Of a stretch of DNA of 64,000 nucleotides, positions 30,898 through 39,474 are shown one piece after another (the stretch's first letter is position 1; each line of letters opens with the position of its first letter). The DNA is taken from the IMG/VR virus record IMGVR_UViG_3300021962_000036, positions 55,947 through 119,946 of that record; one strand, 5' to 3'. The stretch comes from a virus. A program made the translations under genes and the position numbers. The notes under the pieces are model-generated. The model had not been told where the DNA came from. It searched no databases and saw only the letters and a program-made list of their open reading frames with translations.

Positions 30898-31827
30898 ATG
30901 CCAATAGGAAGTGGATCAGTTGCTGCAACAGGTATAAATATGGAGTTAGGTAGATCATCTAACTCTAACTTATCTATTGATGCTGCAGAAAATGGAGGAT
31001 ATGGTGCTATAAACACTTGTAGTCCATCATATCCAAGTGGGTCAAATCCTGCATCTTTTAGTGAATGGAGAAATTATAATCATGGATTTGCGTGTTGTAA
31101 TGCTCCTTCTATATCTGCTGGTAACGTAGGTTCTGGTAGTGTAGGTGTTTCAATAAGTTATTCTAACTGTTCTTCTATGCATTTTGAGTACAGCTCAAAC
31201 TATGGAAGTAGCTGGAGTACAAACTCTGGAGGATGTACTTCTTTTTGGACACAAAGTGGTTTGGCATCTAGTACAACGTATTTAATCAGAGTAAGAATAA
31301 TATGCGCAAGCACAGGTGGTTATTCAGGATATTCTAACACAATATCAATGACCACTTCTGGAAGTTATCCTGCATATGGTACATACTTGTCACAATATTG
31401 TTCAGGGTGTACATTATACTATAGATATGCAAATGGATCTGGAGGTACGTATGATGTAAGTCAAGGATGTACTACTGCATGTGGTGGATGCTGCTGTGCT
31501 CCTGCATATGGAACATATCAGTATGCTGGTTGTTCTGGTTGTGATTATAACTATTATTATGCAGATGGATGTTATGGAGTATATGCTTCTTTAATAGAAT
31601 CAAATTCAACAAGTTGTGGATGTGGTGGCGGAGGAGGAGCGTGTTTTTTTGCGTATTCTGATGGAAGTGGACGTATGAGAGGGGCATACTGCGATGGTTC
31701 TATTTATTCTGGTTTCTCTTTTAGTTATGGAGAACCTACAGGAGCGTGTATAAATTTTGATCAAGGTACTGTTGGACTATATCACGAAGGTCAATCTTGT
31801 AGTCCTGGTGAACTAATGCCATTTTAA
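30898..31827 (+). CDS. Cys/Gly/Ser/Tyr-rich fibre-associated protein with FN3-like segment (candidate receptor-binding tip)
   Basis: About 22 Cys. GLASSTTYLIRVR...GYSGYSN is FN3-like. Two PAYGTY-x3-CSGC-x5-A[ND]G repeats. Confidence 0.55.
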   Translation: MPIGSGSVAATGINMELGRSSNSNLSIDAAENGGYGAINTCSPSYPSGSNPASFSEWRNYNHGFACCNAPSISAGNVGSGSVGVSISYSNCSSMHFEYSSNYGSSWSTNSGGCTSFWTQSGLASSTTYLIRVRIICASTGGYSGYSNTISMTTSGSYPAYGTYLSQYCSGCTLYYRYANGSGGTYDVSQGCTTACGGCCCAPAYGTYQYAGCSGCDYNYYYADGCYGVYASLIESNSTSCGCGGGGGACFFAYSDGSGRMRGAYCDGSIYSGFSFSYGEPTGACINFDQGTVGLYHEGQSCSPGELMPF

Positions 31828-31838
31828 AACATAAAATT

Positions 31839-32093
31839 ATGACAAACTTAAACTCATATACTATTGAAAATCACCTATATAGGATAGGTGATGAATATTT
31901 ATTTGGTAGAGACCAACTAAAAATAGAATCTATAATCAGTGTTATAGACACAGTTTTCTTTTTTTGTAGTAAAAAAGAAAGTAAATTTACAATCAGAATT
32001 ACCACAAATAGGACAGTTGCATCTGATATTATGCCTATAAATGCAATGGTGTTTCACCATAATATTAAGGCAATCCTTGAAGAACAGCAATAA
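31839..32093 (+). CDS. hypothetical protein
   Basis: 84-aa ORF with an A-rich leader, in operon. Confidence 0.55.
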   Translation: MTNLNSYTIENHLYRIGDEYLFGRDQLKIESIISVIDTVFFFCSKKESKFTIRITTNRTVASDIMPINAMVFHHNIKAILEEQQ

Positions 32094-32132
32094 TTTGCTT
32101 ATTTGATAGACTTTTTGTATATTATTAATGTA
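32094..32132 (+). promoter_or_regulatory. putative late promoter TTTG-N20-TATATTAT
   Basis: TTTG at 32094-97 and TATATTAT at 32118-25. Confidence 0.55.
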
Positions 32133-32157
32133 GAAATTAACTTAAAAAACATAAAAA

Positions 32158-32676
32158 ATGGCACTAAAAATCACATCTGAAATTGGTACAGATCAAGGAA
32201 TTACCAGTGAAGCGTATGTTCGTATTGTAAATTACAATATCAACAAAACTGGTAGCGCAAACTTTGCGTTACAAATTTTTAATTCAGAAGCTGAGGCAAC
32301 TGCTTTATCAGCAGGATCTCCACTTGTAGGATCTTTTCAAAATGGCATTGCTAAAAATGTTCAAATTGGAGATAACTTTAGCATTGGTTTGACAAAAGAA
32401 GTAACTGAGACTATCACTGTACAACGTAGTATCCCAACAGAAGTTGAGGTTACTGAAGAAGTTATTGTACCTGGAGTAGATAGTTCTGAGTCAACTATTG
32501 AAACTATTACAAAAACTGTTATTCAATCTGTATTGACAGATGTTCAAGAAGAAAGAGTAGTAGTAGTACCTGATTTGTCTTCTTTAGCAGAAGTTGATAT
32601 CTTTACATTTGCTTATGGTAAATTAAAAGAAAAATTAGAAGCTGCTTTTGGAGAAGGAAACGTTATTGATTGCTAA
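32158..32676 (+). CDS. putative tail-fibre assembly/structural protein
   Basis: MALKI...AYVRI N-terminus and AY.KLK...VIDC C-terminus resemble small fibre-associated phage proteins. Contains a T/E/V-rich insert. Confidence 0.5.
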   Translation: MALKITSEIGTDQGITSEAYVRIVNYNINKTGSANFALQIFNSEAEATALSAGSPLVGSFQNGIAKNVQIGDNFSIGLTKEVTETITVQRSIPTEVEVTEEVIVPGVDSSESTIETITKTVIQSVLTDVQEERVVVVPDLSSLAEVDIFTFAYGKLKEKLEAAFGEGNVIDC

Positions 32677-32679
32677 CAT

Positions 32680-32829
32680 ATGGCAGCTAAAAAAGGTGGT
32701 GCAGTTAACTCTGTGGTACACAAAGTTAAGCCCAAAATAAAAAGACCAGGTGTTCATTCTAAAAATAAACATTCTGTTGGCAAAAACTCAAAAAATTATG
32801 TAAAGCCTTACAGAGGTCAAGGTAGATAA
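32680..32829 (+). CDS. small highly basic protein (49 aa, ends KPYRGQGR); not in ORF track
   Basis: MAAKKGGAVNSVVHKVKPKIKRPGVHSKNKHSVGKNSKNYVKPYRGQGR*, read directly from the sequence. Confidence 0.75.
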   Translation: MAAKKGGAVNSVVHKVKPKIKRPGVHSKNKHSVGKNSKNYVKPYRGQGR

Positions 32830-32830
32830 A

Positions 32831-32861
32831 TTTGCATTTATCAAACATTTGACTATCTTTG
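32831..32861 (+). promoter_or_regulatory. Bacteroidota sigma70-type promoter
   Basis: TTTG(32831-34)-N19-TATCTTTG(32854-61). Confidence 0.7.
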
Positions 32862-32891
32862 TAAAGACTTTTAATATTAAAAAATCAACTT

Positions 32892-33329
32892 ATGGCAGAA
32901 TCAACTAAAATCAAATTCAATGTTGCAGAGATCTTAACATTGGATGCGGAACTTAATGGAACTGAGAAGTTTCAGGGATTGTTATCCCAAAAAATGGGAC
33001 TGGCAATAAAGTATCAACTTACTAAAATTGCTAAAATTACTGGTGAAGAAAAAGAAACATTTGAAAAAATGCGTCTTGATCTTATTAAAGAACTAGGTGT
33101 AGAAAAAGATGGTCAGATTTCTATTCCAGAAATTGAAACTATCAAAGGTGAAAATGGTGAAGCAGACAAAGTTCAGTTACACCCTAACTACATTAAATTT
33201 AGAGAACAGCTTGAAGAGTTGTTTGTTCAAGAAAAAGAACTTGATCAACCAAGTTTTAAAATTGAAGACTTTAGTGAATTAGAAACTGAAGGAAACTTCC
33301 CTGCATTTTTTAAGTTGCTTGGATTATAA
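32892..33329 (+). CDS. hypothetical helical protein
   Basis: 145-aa ORF between a promoter and a terminator. Confidence 0.7.
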   Translation: MAESTKIKFNVAEILTLDAELNGTEKFQGLLSQKMGLAIKYQLTKIAKITGEEKETFEKMRLDLIKELGVEKDGQISIPEIETIKGENGEADKVQLHPNYIKFREQLEELFVQEKELDQPSFKIEDFSELETEGNFPAFFKLLGL

Positions 33330-33353
33330 TAGTAGATTTGTTTGTAGTAATTT

Positions 33354-33386
33354 AAAAGGGCCCTGTTTTGCAAGGCCCTTTTTTTA
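33354..33386. terminator. bidirectional intrinsic terminator
   Basis: AAAAGGGCC-loop-GGCCCTTTTTTT between convergent genes. Confidence 0.8.
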
Positions 33387-33533
33387 TTTACTTTCTTCAG
33401 CTTTAAACTTATTGAGATAGTTGTGAATTGTTTTTGATGTAACTCCTAGTTCTTTTGCAGCTTTTGTTTTACTATTGTTATGCTTTATAAGAGCTTTTTT
33501 AATCATCTCTTCTCTTAGCTCTAACAGTGTCAT
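33384..33533 (-). CDS. stand-alone Fis-family helix-turn-helix protein (49 aa); not in ORF track
   Basis: MTLLELREEMIKKALIKHNNSKTKAAKELGVTSKTIHNYLNKFKAEESK*. ATGA overlap with the thyX stop. Confidence 0.8.
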   Translation of the reverse strand: MTLLELREEMIKKALIKHNNSKTKAAKELGVTSKTIHNYLNKFKAEESK

Positions 33534-34237
33534 AATTCAAATGCTTTAATAGTTTTCTCAAAAGGATTACCTGGAATATCTTTTACAATCTGCAACATCT
33601 GCTGCGCTAATTCTCTAACTTCTTTTTGAGCGTGTTCTGAATTACGTAGTTTTAAAAAGTGAGCAAAACTTCTCCAGTTAAACATTATATCCATAGTAAT
33701 TTGTGAATTAAAAGTCTTAAAGAATCTTGCAGACTCTTTTGCACGTTTACGTCCTATCAATGGCGTTAGATCTGTTAAGGCGTTATGGTAAAGGTAGTTG
33801 CCAATTTCTGTGTAGTCTTGCAGTAAAGAAGCCCAATCAGTTCCTTTTTTCCAAGACAATTCTCCTCCTTCTTCATTTCCATTTGAGTCTTCGTCATGAA
33901 TAAACAATTCTTCAGATGTTTTTAAGCCTTTCCAATCTTCTGGAATATAAAACTTATCTTCCTTAAGTTCTTTGTATCTGGCAGACTCACCGTTGATACT
34001 TACACCAACGCGATGCTTTAATAAATGTATGTGTGTAGCTTGATCTACAGTCACAAGAAAATGCAATGATGATTTTTCAAAAGGAGTATGATGTCCTTCA
34101 GAAGCAAGCATTGCTAATAGTTTGCCAACTCTTTCTAGTTTGTCTTCTGACAAATCTCTGGAAGTACTGGTCCATGCTGATTGTGCATGAACCAGATCTG
34201 TTCCATAGTATCCTAATAATTCTACTTTGTTATCCAT
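33530..34237 (-). CDS. thyX: flavin-dependent thymidylate synthase
   Basis: GHHTPFE, KHRVGVSINGESARY, NWRSFAHFLKLRNSEHAQKEVRELA. Confidence 0.93.
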   Translation of the reverse strand: MDNKVELLGYYGTDLVHAQSAWTSTSRDLSEDKLERVGKLLAMLASEGHHTPFEKSSLHFLVTVDQATHIHLLKHRVGVSINGESARYKELKEDKFYIPEDWKGLKTSEELFIHDEDSNGNEEGGELSWKKGTDWASLLQDYTEIGNYLYHNALTDLTPLIGRKRAKESARFFKTFNSQITMDIMFNWRSFAHFLKLRNSEHAQKEVRELAQQMLQIVKDIPGNPFEKTIKAFEL

Positions 34238-34632
34238 TAGAATGAAAATATTTGTGGGGGTTTTGTTAGATGTTCCTGATACAGTTTTATTTCTTCTTCA
34301 TCAAGAAATTGTATCATATCAGAAACTTGTTCAACTGTGAATGTAGTATCAGCGTTACCTCCTTCATCATCTGTACCTACTATAAGAGCATGACCAAACA
34401 ATGGTTGTGCAGGATAGATATCAATAAAGAAAGCACCTGGAATTTTGTCAAGAGGTTTCATTAAACCTTCATCATCTACATAGATAACTTCTGATGTAGG
34501 TTCTACTGTTTGCGGATATGCAACAGTCATAATGTTACATTCAAGTAACTCATAAATGTCACTGAGTTGTGGACCTAAATCCACAATCTCAATGCATCTA
34601 TTTTTTGCGTCAATTTTAATTGCTTTAACCAC
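34237..34632 (-). CDS. DUF3846-like hypothetical protein
   Basis: IYVDDEGL...LFGHALIVG motif. Likely GTG start at 34632 (the track starts at 34689, overlapping the upstream gene). Confidence 0.6.
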   Translation of the reverse strand: MVKAIKIDAKNRCIEIVDLGPQLSDIYELLECNIMTVAYPQTVEPTSEVIYVDDEGLMKPLDKIPGAFFIDIYPAQPLFGHALIVGTDDEGGNADTTFTVEQVSDMIQFLDEEEIKLYQEHLTKPPQIFSF

Positions 34633-34642
34633 TGTATTATAT

Positions 34643-35266
34643 TTAAGGGCCAAAATAATGATAACCAGATTCTGAAACATCTTCATCATTTCCTTCAGCT
34701 ATGTTATAACATATACCTGCAAGATTTGAAATTGTGTTCTTACTCTTGTCATCTTTTTTAATAAAGTATCTTGATGTTTGCATGTATGTATAGTCTGAAT
34801 TAGATTCAAAGCTTTCTACATACTTTTTAGTTGCATTAAAAACATCATCCCAAGTGTATTCAGGATATTCTTTAAAGAACCATACAAATGCAGCAACAAG
34901 TTCTTTAGGATTTGTACGAAACGCCAAGCTTGTACCAGCTTTCTTACCAGCAGGAAATAACTGATTGTATTCAGCAATCTTATCATCCCATTCAGCAAGA
35001 GCAATTGGATTTTTCTTAGCACGTTTTGCTTTGTTTAGGATGTGTTCACATTCTTTTAAAAGGTGCTCACCTGTCAGAGTTATTTTGTAAATATCATTTA
35101 CACCTGTACTTTCTTTTACAAGATGTCCTGTAGTTTCAAGACGGTATTGTTCTGTCTTAAAATTCACATAGGATGGATACATGTAATTGTTAAAGGTGCA
35201 ATGCAATACAAACAATCCATTAGGGCTTACCTTGTTCTTCACTAAGTAATCATATAGATCTTTCAT
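34643..35266 (-). CDS. hypothetical protein (possible winged-HTH DNA-binding protein)
   Basis: 207 aa. N-terminal LETTGHL...YKITLTGEHLL is wing-like. Has its own promoter upstream. Confidence 0.6.
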   Translation of the reverse strand: MKDLYDYLVKNKVSPNGLFVLHCTFNNYMYPSYVNFKTEQYRLETTGHLVKESTGVNDIYKITLTGEHLLKECEHILNKAKRAKKNPIALAEWDDKIAEYNQLFPAGKKAGTSLAFRTNPKELVAAFVWFFKEYPEYTWDDVFNATKKYVESFESNSDYTYMQTSRYFIKKDDKSKNTISNLAGICYNIAEGNDEDVSESGYHYFGP

Positions 35267-35285
35267 GTTGTTGGTTTTACTTTTA

Positions 35286-35317
35286 CAAAGTTAATTATCC
35301 TGCACAAGACTCACAAG
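35286..35317 (-). promoter_or_regulatory. Bacteroidota-type promoter
   Basis: Minus strand TTG-N20-TAACTTTG (plus strand CAAAGTTA 35286-93, CAA 35314-16). Confidence 0.6.
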
Positions 35318-36950
35318 AAAGAATGTCTCTAGCAAATTCTTGAGCAGCGTTTTGCCCCAATTGATAGTACAATGTTTTGATACCCAACTCATGGGCTTTC
35401 AGTAACAAAGTATTAATATCTCTTGTTGGCGTTTGTGGATGGATCATAAGATTCAATGACTGTCCTTGGTCAACAAATTTCTGACGCGTAGATGCTTGAA
35501 TAATAATTTCCATCTGGGAGATTTCCATGAATGTTCTAAACACAAGTTTCTCATCTTCTGATAAGAAAGATAAGTGTTGAACACTACCTGCGTTTTGCAG
35601 AATTGATTGCCAAACTTCAAAAGTATCCTGGCCTTTTTCTTCTAAGAGTGTTTTAAGATAAGGATTCTTAACAGAATGCTTAACTTTTGCAGTCTTCTTA
35701 ATATAGTAATTACTAGTGTAAGGTTCTATACTTTGGGATTGTTGTCCCATGATAAAAGAAGAAGAAGTGTTTGGAGCTATTGCAGTAAGAGTAGCATGAC
35801 GTCTGTCATAATTGTCAGAAGCAAGAACATCAGGTTTACCAAAGCGTGACGCCATTTCACGACTTGCTGCCCAGCATTGATCTTGTATTGTTTTGAAAAT
35901 CAAAGTATTTGCAAGTTTAGCTTGCATTGATTCAAAAGGAATCATATTACTTTGCAAGTAAGAATGATAACCAGATGCTCCAATACCAATAGCTCTATGT
36001 CTTTCTGCAAAATGTATAGCTCTACTAATAAAAGGTACGTCTCTGTACTTATTTATAAATTCTGTAAGTACAGCATCAGCAATGTAAACAGCAATACGCA
36101 CAGCGTCTGTATTTTTCCATTCATCAAACTTTACTAGGTTCATACCTACTAAGTCACATACAAAAGATTCTTCTTCTGTAGAAGGAAGTAATATTTCTGT
36201 ACACATGTTAGAAGAATTTATAATAGACTTACTGTCTTTGTAAACATCAACAGTTCCATTGTTTACATTATCAGTATAGAATATGTAAGGAAAACCTGTT
36301 CTGTTTCTACTGTCAATTACCATGGCCCAAAGCTCACGTTTGTCCATGTCGCCAGCTTTCATGTCTTCAAGCCATTTGTCAGAAACACAAACACCAAAAG
36401 GAAAACGTTGAAGTTTGTGGCCCTCACCATTGATTCTTAAGAAATCTTTAATATCACCATGATCAATGTCAAGATACGCAGCAAACTCACCACGTCTAAC
36501 ATTACCTTGGGAAATTACATTTTTTGTTGTGTCAAACATTTGCATAAAGTGAACAGCTCCATAGGTTTCACCACCTGTTGAAACAGCACTACCTGCAGGG
36601 CGTAATTCACCAAAATAACCAGATGTTCCACCTCCTATTTTACAAAGCATTCCAACTTCAGCATTGGCCTTTACAATAGATTCAATACTATCACTGACAT
36701 GTGTGTTAAAACAAGAAATACCAGAACCACGACCAGTACCTACATTACTCCATACAGGTGACGGAAGCACATAGTAACCTTTTTCAATGTAATCTTTTAC
36801 TTTGTCTTTTACCTCTTCATCTTTAAATGTTTCACCAACTAAGTTAGCAATAGAATTGATTCTATCTTCAATAGATTCATTGTTGTGAAAATACCCTCTT
36901 CCCATGAATTCTTCACTGAGGGGTGTGTACCAGTCCATTTTTGTTGTCAT
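35295..36950 (-). CDS. nrdA: ribonucleotide reductase class I alpha subunit (compact, no ATP cone)
   Basis: SCF, GGGTS, SNMCTEI (NxCxE), AIAPNTSSS, KTLYY and the C-terminal CESC pair. Confidence 0.95.
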   Translation of the reverse strand: MTTKMDWYTPLSEEFMGRGYFHNNESIEDRINSIANLVGETFKDEEVKDKVKDYIEKGYYVLPSPVWSNVGTGRGSGISCFNTHVSDSIESIVKANAEVGMLCKIGGGTSGYFGELRPAGSAVSTGGETYGAVHFMQMFDTTKNVISQGNVRRGEFAAYLDIDHGDIKDFLRINGEGHKLQRFPFGVCVSDKWLEDMKAGDMDKRELWAMVIDSRNRTGFPYIFYTDNVNNGTVDVYKDSKSIINSSNMCTEILLPSTEEESFVCDLVGMNLVKFDEWKNTDAVRIAVYIADAVLTEFINKYRDVPFISRAIHFAERHRAIGIGASGYHSYLQSNMIPFESMQAKLANTLIFKTIQDQCWAASREMASRFGKPDVLASDNYDRRHATLTAIAPNTSSSFIMGQQSQSIEPYTSNYYIKKTAKVKHSVKNPYLKTLLEEKGQDTFEVWQSILQNAGSVQHLSFLSEDEKLVFRTFMEISQMEIIIQASTRQKFVDQGQSLNLMIHPQTPTRDINTLLLKAHELGIKTLYYQLGQNAAQEFARDILSCESCAG

Positions 36951-36951
36951 T

Positions 36952-37926
36952 TTAAAATAAGTCTTTACTTGTTATAGATTTTTGGAATTTAGTGTAGTTA
37001 GTTCCTTGTGTATTGAAAAAGTCATTACGCACATAACCATAGATAGCTTCAACCATCCAATAAAGTTCTGCAAGTTTTTCTTGATCAATTTCAAAAAGTT
37101 CTTTACCACCAATAGCAACTAATGAATCATTAAATCTTGACTTAATAAATTCAATAACAGCTTCTTTTGAAATACTATCAATTGCACCTTCTTCAAATAT
37201 CCAGTCAATGATTTTTACTTCTGCCTCAAAAGCTTTTTTACAAGCTCTATAGATTTTGTCATAAAAGTCTTGTCCAAACCATTCAGGATATTCCTTCTTA
37301 ATAAGATTGATAACATGCATACCAAGCTGCGCATGTATAATTTCTTCTTTCATTGTTGCTTCAATAACAGTGTCTACTTCTTTCAACATGTTTTTCTTTT
37401 CAATAAAAGACTTTACAATGGCAAACTGGCTAAATAATGATACGTTCTCAATAAACATAGAGAAGAGAGCAAGGTTTAGAGTATAGACCTGTTTAGCATT
37501 TTCTCCACTGTTTTTAAGATATTTTGTCAAGTAATCAACGCGTCCTCCAATAACTGGATTCTGCAAGAGCATGTCAAATTCATTGTTTAATCCTAAAACT
37601 TCTAGCAACTTGCTATATGCTTCAGAGTGTACAACTTCATTTTCTGCAAATGTAATCCCTACTGAGTTAAATTCTGGTTTTGGAATATGTTCACCAAGCT
37701 TTGACCAAAATGTTTTTACAGATACTTCTATCTGTGAGATTGCCAAAAGTGTTCTTTTGATTGCCTCTTTTTCATGAGGACTTAATTTGTGTTTGAAGTC
37801 AAAAGCATCAGAGTCAAAGTTGAACTCTTCTACATCCCAACGACTGTGTTTGATTGCATCCCTGAACTTGATAATTTCAGGATACTCATAGGGCTTAAAA
37901 GCCACACGTTTGTCAAAAATACCCAT
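36952..37926 (-). CDS. nrdB: ribonucleotide reductase class Ia beta subunit
   Basis: KPYEYP, ENEVVHSEAY, ENVSLFSQF, EEIIH and DFF ferritin-like di-metal motifs. Confidence 0.95.
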   Translation of the reverse strand: MGIFDKRVAFKPYEYPEIIKFRDAIKHSRWDVEEFNFDSDAFDFKHKLSPHEKEAIKRTLLAISQIEVSVKTFWSKLGEHIPKPEFNSVGITFAENEVVHSEAYSKLLEVLGLNNEFDMLLQNPVIGGRVDYLTKYLKNSGENAKQVYTLNLALFSMFIENVSLFSQFAIVKSFIEKKNMLKEVDTVIEATMKEEIIHAQLGMHVINLIKKEYPEWFGQDFYDKIYRACKKAFEAEVKIIDWIFEEGAIDSISKEAVIEFIKSRFNDSLVAIGGKELFEIDQEKLAELYWMVEAIYGYVRNDFFNTQGTNYTKFQKSITSKDLF

Positions 37927-37987
37927 AGTTGTTTATATTTGTTGTTAATTATTAATTTTTAGTTAGTGATTACCAATACTTATTGGC

Positions 37988-38021
37988 AAAAAAACCTGGC
38001 AAAGTTATCACTTCCCAGGTT
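37988..38021 (-). terminator. intrinsic terminator-like hairpin in the nrdB leader
   Basis: Minus strand AACCTGG...CCAGG followed by T7. Confidence 0.6.
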
Positions 38022-38182
38022 GTGTATAGATAAAGTCATATTCTGACTTCACTTATATAAGATACAAAAAACACTATTCTTTACCAAGAATAAGAGTGTT
38101 AAGTTTTGTGCTTGTTTTGATATTTCATAGAGTGCAAAGATGATAAAAATATTTGAAAAGTGATATATTAATTTGAGATTCT

Positions 38183-38220
38183 TTTGTGATTTCTGAATTA
38201 TTCTGTATATTATATATGAG
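38183..38220 (+). promoter_or_regulatory. putative late promoter of the lysis cassette
   Basis: TTTG(38183-86)-N19-TATATTAT(38206-13). Confidence 0.55.
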
Positions 38221-38269
38221 AGAGGTAGGGGTATAATTTATCTTATGAAAACTTATATTCTTACATAAA

Positions 38270-38596
38270 ATGAGCACAAATAAAACAGAATACCCTAAAG
38301 AACAGGTTATTAGCATCCTTAAGGAGTGGGCTAGTCCTGCTCTAATTGGCCTTGTAGGCATGTTACTCTGGAGAGATGTAACAGAAATGCGTTCTGACGT
38401 AAAACTTTTGCTTACACAGCAAAGCGCAGATAGGGTGAAAATTGAACAGCTTGAAGATGATGTCAAGCTATTAAAAACGTATGTACTTACACCTATAAGT
38501 GCACCTTCAAAGTCAGTTCCTCCAGCAAAATCAGAAGAGAAAGTATCAGCAATGATAAAAGATGAGGAGTACGAGCTAGTACCAAAGAAGAAGTAG
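38270..38596 (+). CDS. membrane protein with coiled coil (holin/antiholin or spanin-like)
   Basis: ALIGLVGMLLW TM segment followed by heptads. First gene of the lysis cassette. Confidence 0.55.
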   Translation: MSTNKTEYPKEQVISILKEWASPALIGLVGMLLWRDVTEMRSDVKLLLTQQSADRVKIEQLEDDVKLLKTYVLTPISAPSKSVPPAKSEEKVSAMIKDEEYELVPKKK

Positions 38597-38614
38597 TAAC
38601 TTAAAACAAACCAA

Positions 38615-39220
38615 ATGAACCAACGTATATATTTAATTGTGATTGCTGTACTAGTGTGCATTATACTTTTACAGAGATCATGTAGCTCACCAGGAAAAGT
38701 ATTTGTTCCAGGTAAAGATAAAGTAGTGTATGACACAGTTTGGAAAAATGTTGTCAAAACTCAGGTTAAAAAAGTACCTTTTATTGTAAGAGATACTGTT
38801 CCTTTACCAGGAGATAGTATTTTTATTCCAGATGCTAATTATGCCAATCTTAAATTACAATTTGAAAATCTAGCTAAAAACTATGGCGTCAGAAATATAT
38901 ATCGTGATTCAGTACAAGTGGATACTCTTGGATTTATTGTCATAACAGATACACTTCAGTACAACGCTTTAAAGTCTAGGTTCTATCAGCATAATTATAA
39001 AATACCTACAGTTACAGGATATGTACAACAAGAACAACGCAGGCAGTTGTATATAGGAGGTGGAATTTCTATAAACAAAAGTCTTGAGTTAGCTAATCTT
39101 CAAGTAGGTTTACTTTACAAAACTAAAAAGGATCAAATTTATGGAATACAAACAGGTATCTCACAAAATTTGCAACCTTACTTTGGCGTTTCTTCATACT
39201 GGAAAATCAAATTAAAATGA
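38615..39220 (+). CDS. envelope protein of the lysis cassette (spanin-like)
   Basis: N-terminal signal/TM segment ending LLQRSC, DT/DS-rich middle, and C-terminal amphipathic beta strands ending YWKIKLK. Confidence 0.55.
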   Translation: MNQRIYLIVIAVLVCIILLQRSCSSPGKVFVPGKDKVVYDTVWKNVVKTQVKKVPFIVRDTVPLPGDSIFIPDANYANLKLQFENLAKNYGVRNIYRDSVQVDTLGFIVITDTLQYNALKSRFYQHNYKIPTVTGYVQQEQRRQLYIGGGISINKSLELANLQVGLLYKTKKDQIYGIQTGISQNLQPYFGVSSYWKIKLK

Positions 39221-39474
39221 AAAACTTATTAGGATTTTTTAAGTCAATGCTTTCAGATGAAAAAGGATCTGTTAGTTCTAAGCGTGTTGTTGGAATAATG
39301 TGTTCTATTACACTTTGTTTTACACTAGCTTATAGTTTATTCACAAAAACAAATAACACAATATCTCCTACACTTATTGAAAGTGTAGCTTTATTAGCGT
39401 TTGGTTGTTTAGGTTTAACAAGTTTGGACAAGTTTACTTTTGGTAAAAGGTCTGAAGATAAAACAGAGATATAA
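39217..39474 (+). CDS. putative holin
   Basis: 85 aa, SSKR followed by two TM helices and a charged tail, adjacent to the endolysin. Confidence 0.7.
   Translation: MKNLLGFFKSMLSDEKGSVSSKRVVGIMCSITLCFTLAYSLFTKTNNTISPTLIESVALLAFGCLGLTSLDKFTFGKRSEDKTEI

Noticed and set aside
22022-31827. Diversity-generating retroelement or invertase shufflon acting on the tail fibres
   Set aside because: No reverse transcriptase or recombinase in the window, and no adenine-specific TR/VR pair or inverted crossover sites noticed. The repeats are diverged protein hinges.
38125-38757. 210-aa minus-strand ORF
   Set aside because: Antisense shadow of the lysis genes. It runs across the promoter region and has atypical composition.
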